From an uncultured Candidatus Rokubacteria bacterium (GTDB lineage Bacteria; Methylomirabilota; Methylomirabilia; Rokubacteriales; CSP1-6): a stretch of DNA of 64,000 nucleotides. Shown here one piece after another: positions 1-10,946 of the stretch (position 1 is its first letter; each line of letters opens with the position of its first letter). The stretch lies in contig CAVVEU010000024.1 of assembly GCA_963747235.1 (NCBI GenBank), forward strand, positions 384,001-448,000. The letters run 5' to 3'. The notes below the pieces were generated by a model. It did not search any database and was not told the DNA's origin. It was given only the letters and a program-made list of their open reading frames with translations. The position numbers and the translations under genes are program-made.

Positions 1-700
1 AGGGTCACGATGGGGATCGCCGCGTTCTTGAGCGCGTGCGCCGCGAGCACCCGCGGCTCGGCCACGCCCTTGGCCCGCGCGGTCCGCACGTAGTCCTGGC
101 CCAGGACCTCCAGCATGCTCGAGCGCACCAGGCGGGCGAGGCGCCCGAGGATCACGGTGGAGAGGCTCACCGCGGGCAGCACCAGGTGGGCGAGGGAGCC
201 GCGGCCGAAGACGGGCAGCCAGCGCAGGTAGACGCCGAACAGCGTGATCAGCAGCAGCGCGAGCCAGAAGATGGGCACCGCCTGGCCGGCCACCGCGCCC
301 ACCATGGCCACGCGGTCCACCAGCGAGCCGCGGCGGACCGCGGAGACGATGCCGGCGGGCACCGCGACGGCTACCGCGATCAGCAGCGCGGCCAGCGTCA
401 GCTCCACGGTCGCGGGCAGGCGCTCCCGGATCAGGGCGGCGACGGGACGGCTGCTGCGCAAGGACACGCCCAGGTCGCCCTGGGCGGCGCGGGTCACGTA
501 GCGGCCGAACTGCTCGGTAGAGCGGGCGGTCGAAGCCCAGCGCGTGCCGCGTGGCGGTGACCACGTCGGGCGGCGCGTCGCTCGACACCATGAGCAGCAC
601 CGGATCGCCCGAGAGGTGGACGAGGCCGAAGACGACGAGCGACACCCCGACGGCCACGATGACCGCGTGGCCGAGCCGGCGGAGGAGGAACGGAAGCGCT
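1..700 (-). CDS. ABC transporter permease, DppB/OppB-like (3' end runs off the window; indel)
   Basis: Manual translation gives FLLRRLGHAVIVAVGVSLVVFGLVHLSGDP...LARLVRSSMLEVLGQDYVRTARAKG (EAA-loop region). Confidence 0.85.
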
Positions 701-2241
701 TCAGGCCTCCACGTAGGTGTCGCGCACCCAGAGGAAATTGTCCGGGCGCATCTTGAAGCCCTTGACCTTCTTCGAGACGCCGAACAGCTCGTCGAGCTGC
801 CAGAGGAAGAGCCACACCGCCTCGTCGTGCAGCCCCGTGAGCGCCTTGGCGCCGAGCTCCTTGCGTTTCTTCGGATCGAAGGTGCGCTCGTACTCCTCGA
901 TGGTCTTGAGCAGGTCGCCGGAGGCGTCGAAGTAGCGGAAGGTCTGGAAGTCGGGCTTGAAGCGCTGCACGGTGTAGGAGGCGTCCCACGTGCCGTTGAT
1001 GAAGGCGTAGTAGAAGCAGTCCTTGTGGGTGGAGGCGGCCGAGCGCTTGTTGTACTCCGCCCACTCCAGCACCTGTACCTTGGTCTTGACCCCGACCTTG
1101 TCCCAGTAGCCCGCGATGACCTGCGCGGTCTCCTCGGCGAGCACCCAGCGGCCGATCGACTGCCACATCGTCAGCTCGAAGCCCTGGCCGAAGCCCGCCT
1201 CCGCGAGGAGCGCCTTGGCGCGCGCCGGATCGTAGGGATAGGCGCCCGGGTCGATGGTGTTGGCCACGTTCTTGCCGGTGACCGTGTTGAGGAACTGGCC
1301 GCGGCCGGAGTAGAGGCCCTTGAGAATGGCCGCGCGGTCCACCGCCATGTTCGAGCGCCTGGCGCACGCGCCGGTCTTTCAGCGGCGCGGACTCGCGGGC
1401 GTTGAGCAGGATGCCGTGGGTGAGCGAGCTCAGCTCGGAGTAGACGCGGAGGTTGGCTGTCGCCCTCGACGGTGGGCGCGAGCGGGAACGGGAGGTTCAG
1501 CATCACGTCGACGTCGCCGCGCTGGAGCGCGGCCAGCCGGGTGGCCGCGTCCGGGATCACCTGCCAGACGATCTTCTGGCTGGGCGGCTTCGGGCCCCAG
1601 TAGTCCGGATTCGCCTCCAGCACCACGCGGTCGCCCACCACGTTCTCCACGAAGCGGAAGGGGCCGGTGCCGATGAAGCGGTCGGTGACGAACTTGTCCC
1701 GGAACTCGGCCAGGCCCTTGGCGGGGGCGATGTTCATGGACTCGGCGGCGAGCCGGGCCGGCAGCATCGGATCCGGCACCTTGGTGACGATCCGGACGGT
1801 GTAGGGATCGACGATGACCACTTCCTGGCCGAACGACGGGGGCATGGTGAGCTTGGCGAGCGTGTTGAGCTTCGAGAGGACGGCGCGCTCGATGGTGAAC
1901 TTGACCGAGTCCGCGTTGAAGTCCTCGCCGTTGTGGAACTTGACACCGCGGCGCAGCTTGATCTCCCACGTGTTCGGGTTGAGGTTCTTCACCGACTCGG
2001 CCAGGAGCGGCTTGATCTCCATGGTCTGCGGATCGCGCGTGAAGAGCCCCTCGCCCATGAGGTTGATGATCGAGCCGCTCAGCACCGAGCGGAACTGGTG
2101 CGGGTCGATCGTCTCCGGCGTGGACGGGAAGCCGATGGTGAGCGTCGGCTTCCGGGCCTGAGCGGCCGCGGCGACGGGCGACAGCGCGGCGAGGGCGGCG
2201 GCGGCTCCGGCTTGCTTGAACAGGTCGCGGCGAGTCGGCAT
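701..2241 (-). CDS. ABC transporter substrate-binding protein, family 5, Tat signal (frameshifted ~1350 and ~1455)
   Basis: MPTRRDLFKQ twin-Arg signal; LRRGVKFHNGEDFNADSVKFT and GTGPFRF motifs; joins ORFs 1171..3081 and 701..1348. Confidence 0.9.
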
Positions 2242-2328
2242 CGGGTCGAATCCTCCTGGGATCTGGGCGTGCGGAGGGATTTTACCGCAGTGGCCGGGCG
2301 AGGTGCAGCCGAAGGCGAGCCGAGCGAA

Positions 2329-2334
2329 TATAAT
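2329..2334 (+). promoter_or_regulatory. -10 box TATAAT 9 nt before the SDR ATG, no Shine-Dalgarno
   Basis: Perfect TATAAT in a GC-rich intergenic region. Confidence 0.6.
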
Positions 2335-2343
2335 AGGCGCGCC

Positions 2344-3108
2344 ATGGGACGAGTGGACGGCAAGGTCGCGGTGGTGACGGGCGCTGCCCACGGCTTGGGC
2401 CGCGCGATCGCGGAGCGCCTGGCCGGCGAGGGCGCGCACGTGATCCTGGGCGACGTGGACGGGCCCGGACTCGAGCGCGCGGTCGCCGCGATCACCCAGG
2501 CGGGTGGCCGGGCCGCCGCCGTCGTGGGCGACGTGACCGAGGAGGAGCCGGCCGCGCGGCTGATCGCCACCGCGGTGGAGCGGGGCGGCCGGCTCGACAT
2601 CCTGGTCAACAACGTGGGCGGCAGCCGCAACGCGCGCATCTGGGAGATGACGGTGGACGACTGGGACTTCGTCCTCCGCCTGAACCTCCGCTCCACCTTC
2701 CTCTGCACCCGCGCGGCGGTGCCGCACATGATGCGCCGGCGCTACGGCCGCATCGTGTGCCTGTCCTCCGGCGCGCGCGAGGGCACCCCGTGGACCGCCT
2801 ACTATCAGGGCGGCGCGGCCTACTCGGCGGCCAAGGCGGGAGTGCACGGCTTCATCCGAGACGTCGCGCTGGAGCTGGCCGAGCACGGCATCAACGTCAA
2901 CGCGGTGGCGCCCGGCCCGATCGACACCGAGCGCGTCGGCGCGGGCCTCCGGCGCCTGAACGAGACGGTCGAGTACAGCCCCAACCGCATGACGCCGCTG
3001 CGCCGTCTCGGCCGCCCCGCCGAGGTGGCCGACGCGGTCCTGTTCCTGGCCTCCGACGAGGCCACCTACGTCACCGGGCACACCCTGGCCGTCACCGGCG
3101 GGCGCTGA
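2344..3108 (+). CDS. SDR family oxidoreductase
   Basis: TGAAHGLG, NNVG and YSAAK motifs. Confidence 0.92.
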   Translation: MGRVDGKVAVVTGAAHGLGRAIAERLAGEGAHVILGDVDGPGLERAVAAITQAGGRAAAVVGDVTEEEPAARLIATAVERGGRLDILVNNVGGSRNARIWEMTVDDWDFVLRLNLRSTFLCTRAAVPHMMRRRYGRIVCLSSGAREGTPWTAYYQGGAAYSAAKAGVHGFIRDVALELAEHGINVNAVAPGPIDTERVGAGLRRLNETVEYSPNRMTPLRRLGRPAEVADAVLFLASDEATYVTGHTLAVTGGR

Positions 3109-3124
3109 GCGAGGAGATCACGAC

Positions 3125-4465
3125 ATGACCAAGGCCGACCTGATGGCGCAGGTGCGTGCGGCGATCGACCGCCGCGGTGCTGCGATCATCGAGCTGGGAG
3201 AGACGATCCGCCGCCACCCCGAGCTCGGGTTCAAGGAATTCAAGACCGGGAAGCTGGTCGCGCAGACCTTCGAGCGCATGGGCCTGACGCCGCGCACCGG
3301 GCTGGCCCTGACCGGCGTGCGCGCCGACGCGGCCGGGCGCGCGGGCGACGGGCCCACGCTGGCCCTCTTCGGCGAGCTGGACGGCCTCGTGGTGGTGGGG
3401 CACCCGGTGGCCGACCCGGAGACCGGCGCCGCGCACGCCTGCGGCCACAACGCGCAGGTGGCGGGGATGCTGGGCGCGGCCATGGGCCTGCTGGAGGCGG
3501 GCGCCTTCGAGCACCTGGCCGGCCGCGTGGCCTTCATCGGCGTGCCCGCCGAGGAGTACGGCGACGTGGAGTGGCGGGTGGCCCAGCGCGACGCGGGCCG
3601 GCTCGAGTTCATGGGCGGCAAGCCGGAGATGCTGCGGCTCGGCCATCTCGACGACGTGGACATGGGGATGATGATCCACGCCACCCCGCGCCCCGAGGAG
3701 GGCAAGCTCGCGGTGCCGATGTCCAACAACGGCTGCGTGGTGAAGACCGTCCGCTACGTCGGGCGCGCCTCGCACGCGGGTGGCGCCCCGCACATGGGCA
3801 TCAACGCGCTCTACGCGGCCCAGATCGGCCTCATGGCCATCAACGCGATCCGAGAGACGTTTCGCGACGAGGACACCATCCGGGTGCACCCGATCATCAC
3901 CCACGGCGGCTCGCAGGTGAACGTCATCCCCGGCGAGGTGCGGCTCGAGACGTTCGTGCGCGGCAAATCGCTCGAGGCCATCGCGGACGCGGACCGCAAG
4001 GTGGATCGCGCGCTGCGCGCGGGGGCGCTCGCGCTCGGCTGTTCCGTGGAGATCGAGACCCTGCCCGGCTACATGCCGCTCCGCTGCGACCCCTTGATGG
4101 TGGAGCGCTTCCGGGCCATCGCGGCCGACCTGGTGGGCGAGGACAACGTGCGCACGATCCGGCACCGCACCGGCTCCACCGACATGGGCGATCTCGGGCA
4201 GGTCATGCCGATCATCCATCCCTACGTGGGCGGCGCGAAGGGCACGCCGCACGGCGCGGACTACGAGATCGTGGATCCCGAGCTGACCTACCTCACCAAC
4301 GCGAAGGCGCTCGCCTCCATGGTGGTGGACCTGCTGGCCGACGGCGCGACGGTGGGCCGCCAGGTCGTGGCCCAGGCCAAGCCGCCCCTCACCCGCCAGG
4401 CCTATCTGGATTTCCAGCGGCAGATGAGCCGGCGGGAAACCTACGACGGAGCGACGACCGGCTAG
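3125..4465 (+). CDS. M20 family amidohydrolase
   Basis: HPELGFKE, ELDGL, HACGHN, PAEE and GSTDMG motifs. Confidence 0.9.
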   Translation: MTKADLMAQVRAAIDRRGAAIIELGETIRRHPELGFKEFKTGKLVAQTFERMGLTPRTGLALTGVRADAAGRAGDGPTLALFGELDGLVVVGHPVADPETGAAHACGHNAQVAGMLGAAMGLLEAGAFEHLAGRVAFIGVPAEEYGDVEWRVAQRDAGRLEFMGGKPEMLRLGHLDDVDMGMMIHATPRPEEGKLAVPMSNNGCVVKTVRYVGRASHAGGAPHMGINALYAAQIGLMAINAIRETFRDEDTIRVHPIITHGGSQVNVIPGEVRLETFVRGKSLEAIADADRKVDRALRAGALALGCSVEIETLPGYMPLRCDPLMVERFRAIAADLVGEDNVRTIRHRTGSTDMGDLGQVMPIIHPYVGGAKGTPHGADYEIVDPELTYLTNAKALASMVVDLLADGATVGRQVVAQAKPPLTRQAYLDFQRQMSRRETYDGATTG

Positions 4466-5955
4466 CCCCTCGCCACCGTGAAGGCGACGTAGAGGGACTG
4501 CGGGCCGCGCTGGAGCAATACGGTGACGCGGTCGCCGTCCTTCATGTCCTTGGTGACCTTCTCGAAGTCCGGGACGCTCCGCACCTTCTGCCGGTTGACC
4601 TCGCGGATGACGTCGCCGCGCTGGAGCCCGGCCTCGGACGCCGCGCTCTCCTCGTCCACCGAGAAGACGATGACGCCGTCCGGCGTGCGCAGGTTGAGCT
4701 GGCGGGCCAGCTCCGGGGTGATCGGGCGCACGTCGAGGCCGAGCAGGCTCTTGCCCTTGTTGGTGGGCTTGAGCGCGACCGTCTCGTCGGGCGTCTCGCC
4801 GATCTTGATCTCGAGGGTCTTCTCGCCCTTGTCGCGCCACACCTTGAGCGGCACCGCGCGGCCCGGCGTGGTCGCGGCCACCGCCTTCTGCAGCTCCTGG
4901 GGCGAGTCCACCTTCTTCTTGTCGAACTCGATGATGACGTCACCGGAGGCGATGCCCGCGGAGGCGGCCGGGCTCTGCTGCATGACGTCCGAGATGAGGA
5001 CGCCGTTCGGCTCCTTGAGCCCGAAGCTCTTGGCCAGCTCGGGGGTCAGCGGCTGGATGGACACGCCGAGCCAGCCCCGCGTGACCTTGCCCTTGGCGGC
5101 GAGCTCGGTGTAGATCCGCTTCGCCATGTTGACCGGGATCGAGAAGCCGATGCCCACGTTGCCGCCGGTGCGCGAGAGGATCGCGCTGTTGATGCCGACC
5201 ACCTCGCCCGACATGTTCACGAGCGGGCCGCCGGAGTTGCCCGGATTGATGGCCGCGTCGGTCTGCAGGAAGTCGTCGAAGGGGCCCTGCCCGATGGACC
5301 GGCCCTTGGCGCTGATGATGCCGGCGGTCACCGTCTTCTGCAGCCCGAACGGCGAGCCGATGGCCAGCACCCAGTCGCCCACCCGCACCGTGTCGGAGTC
5401 GCCCAGGTTGGCGGCCGGGTAGGGCCCGCCGCCCTGCAGCTTGAGCACGGCCAGGTCGGTCTTCTTGTCCACGCCCGCGAGCTTGGCCTTGTGCTTCTTG
5501 CCGTCCGCGGTGGACACCTCGATCTCGGTGGCGCGCTCGACCACGTGAGCGTTGGTGAGCACGATGCCCGACGGGTCCACGATCACGCCGGAGCCCAGGC
5601 TGCGCTGCACCTGCTGGCGCTCGGGCGCGTCCCCGAAGAAGCGCTTGAAGAACTCGTCGCCGAAGAACTCCTCCACCGGGGTGCGGCCGCTCACCCGGGT
5701 GACCGTGTTGATGTTGACCACCGCCGGCCCCACGCTCTCCGCGACCTGGGCGAAGCTGCCCGAGGGAATCGGCAGGGCCGCGGGAATGATGCGCGGCTGC
5801 GTGCCGGCGGGCAGGGGGGTGAGGGGCAGCGCGCTGCCCGGCCCGGACGGCTTGACCTGGTCCACCGCCCCCGCGCCCCAGGTGCCGAGGCCCGCTCCCA
5901 CCACGAGGGTGACGAGCACAATGAACGCCAATGTGCTGCGCTTGACAGAGATCAT
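4462..5955 (-). CDS. degQ: HtrA/DegQ (Do) serine endoprotease with two PDZ domains
   Basis: TNAHVV, DLAVLK and [14 protein letters not shown] catalytic triad; C-terminal PDZ repeats. Confidence 0.92.
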   Translation of the reverse strand: MISVKRSTLAFIVLVTLVVGAGLGTWGAGAVDQVKPSGPGSALPLTPLPAGTQPRIIPAALPIPSGSFAQVAESVGPAVVNINTVTRVSGRTPVEEFFGDEFFKRFFGDAPERQQVQRSLGSGVIVDPSGIVLTNAHVVERATEIEVSTADGKKHKAKLAGVDKKTDLAVLKLQGGGPYPAANLGDSDTVRVGDWVLAIGSPFGLQKTVTAGIISAKGRSIGQGPFDDFLQTDAAINPGNSGGPLVNMSGEVVGINSAILSRTGGNVGIGFSIPVNMAKRIYTELAAKGKVTRGWLGVSIQPLTPELAKSFGLKEPNGVLISDVMQQSPAASAGIASGDVIIEFDKKKVDSPQELQKAVAATTPGRAVPLKVWRDKGEKTLEIKIGETPDETVALKPTNKGKSLLGLDVRPITPELARQLNLRTPDGVIVFSVDEESAASEAGLQRGDVIREVNRQKVRSVPDFEKVTKDMKDGDRVTVLLQRGPQSLYVAFTVARG

Positions 5956-7851
5956 CGTTGCACTCCCGCGGGCTCCCCGGCCAGGAGCTGCCTGAGCCGG
6001 TCGCCCTCCAGCGTCTCTTTCTGTTTGAGCTCGGTCGCGGCCTCCACGAGCACCCGCTTGCGGGCGGTCAGGAGGTCGCGGACGCGATCGTAGATCCGAT
6101 CGATGATCGATCGCGTCTCGCCGTCGATCCGACGCGCGCTCTCTTCGCTGTATTCACGCTCCTGCGGCAGGCCCGACCCGCGGAGGAACATGGCCTGCTG
6201 GCCGCCCCCGAAGGTCATGGGGCCGAGCTCCTCGGACATGCCGTACTGCATGACCATCAGGCGGGCCAGCTCGGTGGCCCGCTCCAGGTCGTTGTGGGCC
6301 CCGGTGGAGACCTCGCCGTAGATGACTTCCTCGGCCACGCGCCCGCCCAGCAGCACCGCGATCCGGTCCTCCAGCTCGCTGCGGGTGAGCAGGTAGCGGT
6401 CCTCCAGCGGGAGCTGGTAGGTGGCGCCGAGCGCGGCCACCCCGCGCGGGATGATCGTCACCTTGTGCACCGGGTCGGCCTGGGGCAGGGAGGAGGCGAC
6501 TAATGCGTGCCCAATTTCGTGATGCGCGACGATGTCGCGCTCTTTCTCCGAGAGCACGCGGCTCTTCCGCTCGAGGCCGCCGACCACCCGGTCCACCGCT
6601 TCCTCGAGATCGGCCATGTCCACCGCGTCCTTGCCCTTGCGCGCGGCGAGCAGCGCGGCCTCGTTGATGAGGTTGGCGAGGTCCGCGCCCGCCATGCCGG
6701 GCGTGCGGGCCGCGAGCACGTGGAGATCCACGCTCGGCGCCAGCTTCACGTTGCGGGCGTGCACCAGGAGGATGGCTTCGCGGCCCTTGACGTCGGGCCG
6801 ATCCACCACCACCTGGCGGTCGAAGCGGCCGGCCCGCATCAGCGCCGCGTCCAGCACCTCGGGCCGGTTGGTGGCGGCCATGATGATCACGCCCTTGGAC
6901 GAGTCGAACCCGTCCATCTCGGCGAGGAGCTGGTTCAGCGTCTGCTCGCGCTCGTCGTGGCCCGACAGGAAGCCGGTATTGCCCGCGCGGGTCTTGCCGA
7001 TCGCGTCGAGCTCGTCGATGAAGACGATGCAGGGCGCCTTCTCCTTGGCCTGCTCGAAGAGATCGCGGACGCGGGAGGCGCCCACGCCCACGAACATCTC
7101 GACGAACTCGGAGCCGGAGAGGAAGAAGAACGGCACGTCCGCCTCGCCCGCCACCGCCCGGGCCAGCAGCGTCTTGCCGGTGCCCGGTGGGCCGACGAGC
7201 AGCACGCCCTTGGGAATGCGGCCGCCCAGGCGCTGGTACTTCTTCGGGATTCTTGAGGAAGTCCACCACCTCGATCAGCTCGGCCTTGGCTTCCTCCACG
7301 CCGGCCACGTCCGCGAAGGTGGTCTTGAGCTCCTTGCGGTCGTAGATCTTCGCCTTGGAGCGGCCGAAGGAGAGGGCCTGGGTCGGCCCGCCGCCCATCC
7401 GGCGCATCAGGAAGAGCCAGAGGGCGGCCATGATGATGAGCGGGACGACCCACGAGAAGAGATCGCGCCAGAAGGTGGACTCGATGCGGCCGGAGAACTC
7501 GACCTTGGCGCTCTCGAGCTCGCGGACGATCTGGTAGTCCTCGGTGGCCGGGATGCGGGCGGTGGTGAACGCGGTCGGCCCTTCCTGGGGGCCCAGCAGC
7601 GCGCGGAGCCGGTCCCCGGGTCCCGGCGGGGGCATCGGGAGCGAGCCGGGCTTGGCGATGCCCTGGATCTCCCGCTCGCCCAGCGTGACCTTCAGCACCT
7701 TGCCCTCGCGGACCAGGGCCAGGAACTGGCTCATCGGGATGTCCACGGTCTGGGGCGCCCGCAGCCAGCTCTGCACCGACAGGACGACCATCAGCGCAAT
7801 GAACAGATAGATAAGGGAAAACTGGGTCTTCTGGCGATTGGGCAGTTTCAT
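5952..7851 (-). CDS. ftsH: ATP-dependent zinc metalloprotease FtsH (frameshift ~7245)
   Basis: Two TM segments, GPPGTGKT Walker A, IFIDELD, SRH region [14 protein letters not shown] zinc motif; ATGA overlap with degQ. Confidence 0.95.
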
Positions 7852-7863
7852 CGTGTGATTTCG

Positions 7864-7892
7864 ATGCTATCGGAACCCCTGGGGGGTGTCAA
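7864..7892 (-). promoter_or_regulatory. sigma70-type promoter of ftsH
   Basis: TTGACA-17 nt-TAGCAT on the minus strand, 12 nt before the ATG. Confidence 0.75.
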
Positions 7893-7937
7893 ACCACCGA
7901 GTGCGACTGCGGGGAGCGGACGGGGGGGCGGGTCAGC

Positions 7938-8642
7938 TCAGGGACAGGTGACCCCTTTCGGGGGCTCGTAGTTGGTCACCTTGTAGGTCGAGTTGAACGA
8001 GTCCTCCCAGACCTCGATCGGCACGCGCCCCACCGGGTCCAGGCCGTCGAAGAGGGTGAACTTGGCCCGGTTGGTGAACTCCTCGGCCGACACCCGCTTG
8101 GCCAGGAACTCCCGCAGCGTGCCCTTGTCGATGAAGAGGGCGAACGTCTCGTTCACCGCCTGGCGGCCGGGCCGGCTCGTGCCGGGCTTGAGCCAGGAGA
8201 GCACGACGGAGAGCCCGGCCACGTCGCCGTCGTCCACCACGTCGGCCAGCGCCGACATCCGCCGCAGCATGTCCACCCCGTAGCGCGAGAACATCGCGGA
8301 GACCCGGCGCTCCTGGGGCAGGGCCGCGAAGACCGCGTCCTCGCGCTGGTCCACGAAGATCCACGTGGAGAGATAGCGGTCGTCCTCCTGGCTGTCGCGG
8401 GCGCGCGGGAAGCCGAGCCCGCCCGGATGCACGGCCAGCCACGGGAGGCAGTTGTAGATCTGGGCGGAGAACTGGAGCAGCCGCGTCCGGTGGGCGGACG
8501 CCAGGCTCTTGCCCTTGAGCGTGGTGTATTTCTCGAGGGGCATCAGGGCGTCTTCGGGAGCGGCGTGACTCACGCCCCCGGAGACGACCAGGGCGGCCGT
8601 GAGCAGCAGGCCGCCCAGGAGTCTCGGGTGGTGCCGGAGCAT
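7938..8642 (-). CDS. Secreted hypothetical protein
   Basis: 234 aa ORF with signal peptide (VSHA|AP) and host-like codon use; no motif recognised. Confidence 0.75.
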   Translation of the reverse strand: MLRHHPRLLGGLLLTAALVVSGGVSHAAPEDALMPLEKYTTLKGKSLASAHRTRLLQFSAQIYNCLPWLAVHPGGLGFPRARDSQEDDRYLSTWIFVDQREDAVFAALPQERRVSAMFSRYGVDMLRRMSALADVVDDGDVAGLSVVLSWLKPGTSRPGRQAVNETFALFIDKGTLREFLAKRVSAEEFTNRAKFTLFDGLDPVGRVPIEVWEDSFNSTYKVTNYEPPKGVTCP

Positions 8643-8652
8643 GTGGCGTCGT

Positions 8653-8913
8653 CTAGTTCTGGAAGATCTGCTCCGGGCTCACCGTGATGGCCTTGCCCCA
8701 CCAGTTCTCCTGCCGCGCCGCATCCACGTCCGTGCGGCTCACGCGCGGATTCGAGCCATCTCGATTGTTCCGCAGCGAGAAGACCCCGTGGGTACCCGAG
8801 GCGAAGTGGGTGTTGTGGCCTCTCCAGTCCGACCACTCTTCCGACGTGGCGCACGCCGACGTCAGCATCACGAGACCACCGAAAAACAATGCCAGCGAAA
8901 GCCATGCACGCAT
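8653..8913 (-). CDS. Small lipoprotein of unknown function (paralogous to the N-terminus of 33078..33668)
   Basis: AAGGAGG RBS; lipobox LTSAC; EWxxWRxHxTH...ENWWG. Confidence 0.75.
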   Translation of the reverse strand: MRAWLSLALFFGGLVMLTSACATSEEWSDWRGHNTHFASGTHGVFSLRNNRDGSNPRVSRTDVDAARQENWWGKAITVSPEQIFQN

Positions 8914-8966
8914 GGTGACTTGCCTCCTTGAGGGCGCTTCGATCTGCCCGTCCCGCTCGATTTGTA

Positions 8967-8996
8967 ATGATACGGAAGGCCTCACGGGGCCGTCAA
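8967..8996 (-). promoter_or_regulatory. sigma70-type promoter of the small lipoprotein
   Basis: TTGACG-18 nt-TATCAT. Confidence 0.65.
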
Positions 8997-9075
8997 CTTT
9001 CATTTCGAGACTTTTGCGGTTGCGGCCCCCGGGCGGCTCAGGCATGCTCGTGTTCAACAGGAGGGAGCGCCGCCG

Positions 9076-10004
9076 ATGAGCGAGTACCTGACGCTCCACG
9101 AGGAGCCGGGGGAGCTGCGCCGGCCCATCATCATCATGGCGTTCTCGGGCTGGAACGACGCGGCCGAGTCCGCCACCACCGCCGCCCGCTACCTGAGCCA
9201 GATCTGGACGTCGCGGCCGCTCGCCACCATCGACCCGGAAGATTTTTACCACTTCGGCCTTTCCCGCCCCTACGTGCGCTTCAAGACCGGCTCCCGGACC
9301 GAGCGCGAGATCGTCTGGCCGGCCACCGAGTTCTCCCTCGCCCAGCCCTCGGAGCTCGAGCGCGACATCGTCGTGGGCGTCGCCATCGAGCCGCATCTCA
9401 AGTGGCGGACGTACTGCGCGGCGGTGCTCGAGCTGGCGCGGCGCTCCCGGGCCTCGATGGTCCTCACCCTGGGCGCCCTGCTCGCCGAGGTGGCCCACAC
9501 CCAGCCCATCCGGCTGTCGGGCAGCTCCTACGACCCCGAGCTCTCCGAGCGCCTGGGTCTCAAGCCGACCCGCTACGAGGGCCCGACCGGGATCGTGGGC
9601 GTGCTCAATACCCTCTGCCGGGAGGCGCGCGTGCCGACCGCCAGCCTCTGGGCGAACGTGCCCGCACTACGTGTCCGGGATCGAGAATCCGCGCGCGGCC
9701 CTGGCCCTGGTGCGGCGCGTGCTGACCATGCTGGACACCGAGGCGGACCTGACCGATCTCCGCGAGGCCGCCGAGCAGTTCGACCAGAACCTGGCCTCGA
9801 TCGTCTCGCAGAACACGAAGATCGGCGACTACGTGCGCCGGCTCGAGCGCAAGAGCGGAGACGACGACGAGGAGCCGCCCGCGCCGGCCGAGGCCATCGA
9901 GCCGTCCGAGGTCGCGGAGATCAAGGACGAGCTGCCGCCCGCCGGCGATCTCGTCGCCGAGATCGAGCAGTTCCTGCGCCAGCAGCGCCCCGAAAGACCC
10001 GTAG
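9076..10004 (+). CDS. PAC2 family (proteasome assembly chaperone-like) protein (frameshift ~9665; end approximate)
   Basis: AFSGWNDAAESAT, EPHLKW, YEGPTGIVGVL, WANVPHY, DLVAEIEQFLR. Confidence 0.85.
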
Positions 10005-10006
10005 CA

Positions 10007-10040
10007 CCCTCTCCCCTCAGGGGAGAGGGCAGGGTGAGGG
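10007..10040 (+). repeat. REP-like palindrome, family A (CCCTCTCCCC-n3-GGGGAGAGGG..AGGGTGAGGG)
   Basis: 10-bp stem plus conserved tail; related copies at 32270 and 52152/52197. Confidence 0.8.
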
Positions 10041-10083
10041 CGGTTCCTAGGGCCCGCCCGGCCCCAGGCGTAGAATCGTCGCG

Positions 10084-10946
10084 ATGCCCCACGTTGCCGC
10101 AGTCCTCGCGGTCCTCGTCTCGCTCATCTCCGTCGTCCCCGCCGCCGCCCTGCAGGTGCGCGTGGTGCCGGCGCGCCGCGGCAGGGGGACACGGTGCTGG
10201 TGTTCGTGGCCGGGACCAAGGGCGCGCAGAACGTGGAGGGCAGCCTCGGCGCGCAGCACCTGGCCTTCTTCCCCTACGGCGCCGAGTTCGCCGCGCTGGC
10301 CGGCGTGGACCTCGAGACCAAGCCCGGGAAAGTGCCGTGGCGGATCGGGCTCGTGGACGGCGGCGGCGTGCCGCGCAAGGCGGCGGGCACCGTGACGGTC
10401 AAGGCGGGCGGCTTCCCGGTGGAGCGCCTCACGCTCCCCGGCGGCATGGTGAACCTCGACCCGGAGGCGGAGCGGCGCGCGGCCAACGAGGCGGTGCGGA
10501 TGCGCGCCCTCTACGACACGGTCACGCCCGAGCGCCTCTGGCGCGGTGCCTTCACCCAGCCGGTGGCGAGCCGCAAGCCGGGCGGCGGGTTCGGCTCCCG
10601 GCGCATCATCAACGGCCAGCCGCGCATGCCGCACTCCGGGATCGACTACTCGGCCGACCGCGGCACCCCGGTGGTCGCGTCGAACCGGGGCCGGGTGGCG
10701 CTGCTCGGCGAGTTCTTCTTCGCGGGCCGCTTCGTGGTCCTCGACCACGGCCTGGGGCTCTACACGCTCTACTTCCACCTGGACGGCGTGGCGGTGACCG
10801 AGGGCCAGATGGTGGAGCGCGGTCAGACCGTGGGCACCGTGGGCACCACCGGCCGCTCCACCGGGCCGCATCTGCACTTCGCGGCCCAGCTCGGGCGCGC
10901 GCGGATCAACCCGCCCGATCTCTACGCGCTGCCCCTCAGGGACTAG
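10084..10946 (+). CDS. M23 family metallopeptidase (frameshift ~10180)
   Basis: Signal peptide; HSGID, LYFHL and STGPHLHF motifs; TAGAAT 7 nt before the ATG. Confidence 0.9.

Noticed and set aside
6500-6516. sigma54 promoter inside ftsH (GGGCACGCATTAGTC)
   Set aside because: The -12 TTGC element is missing, so I kept this only as an AT-rich patch.
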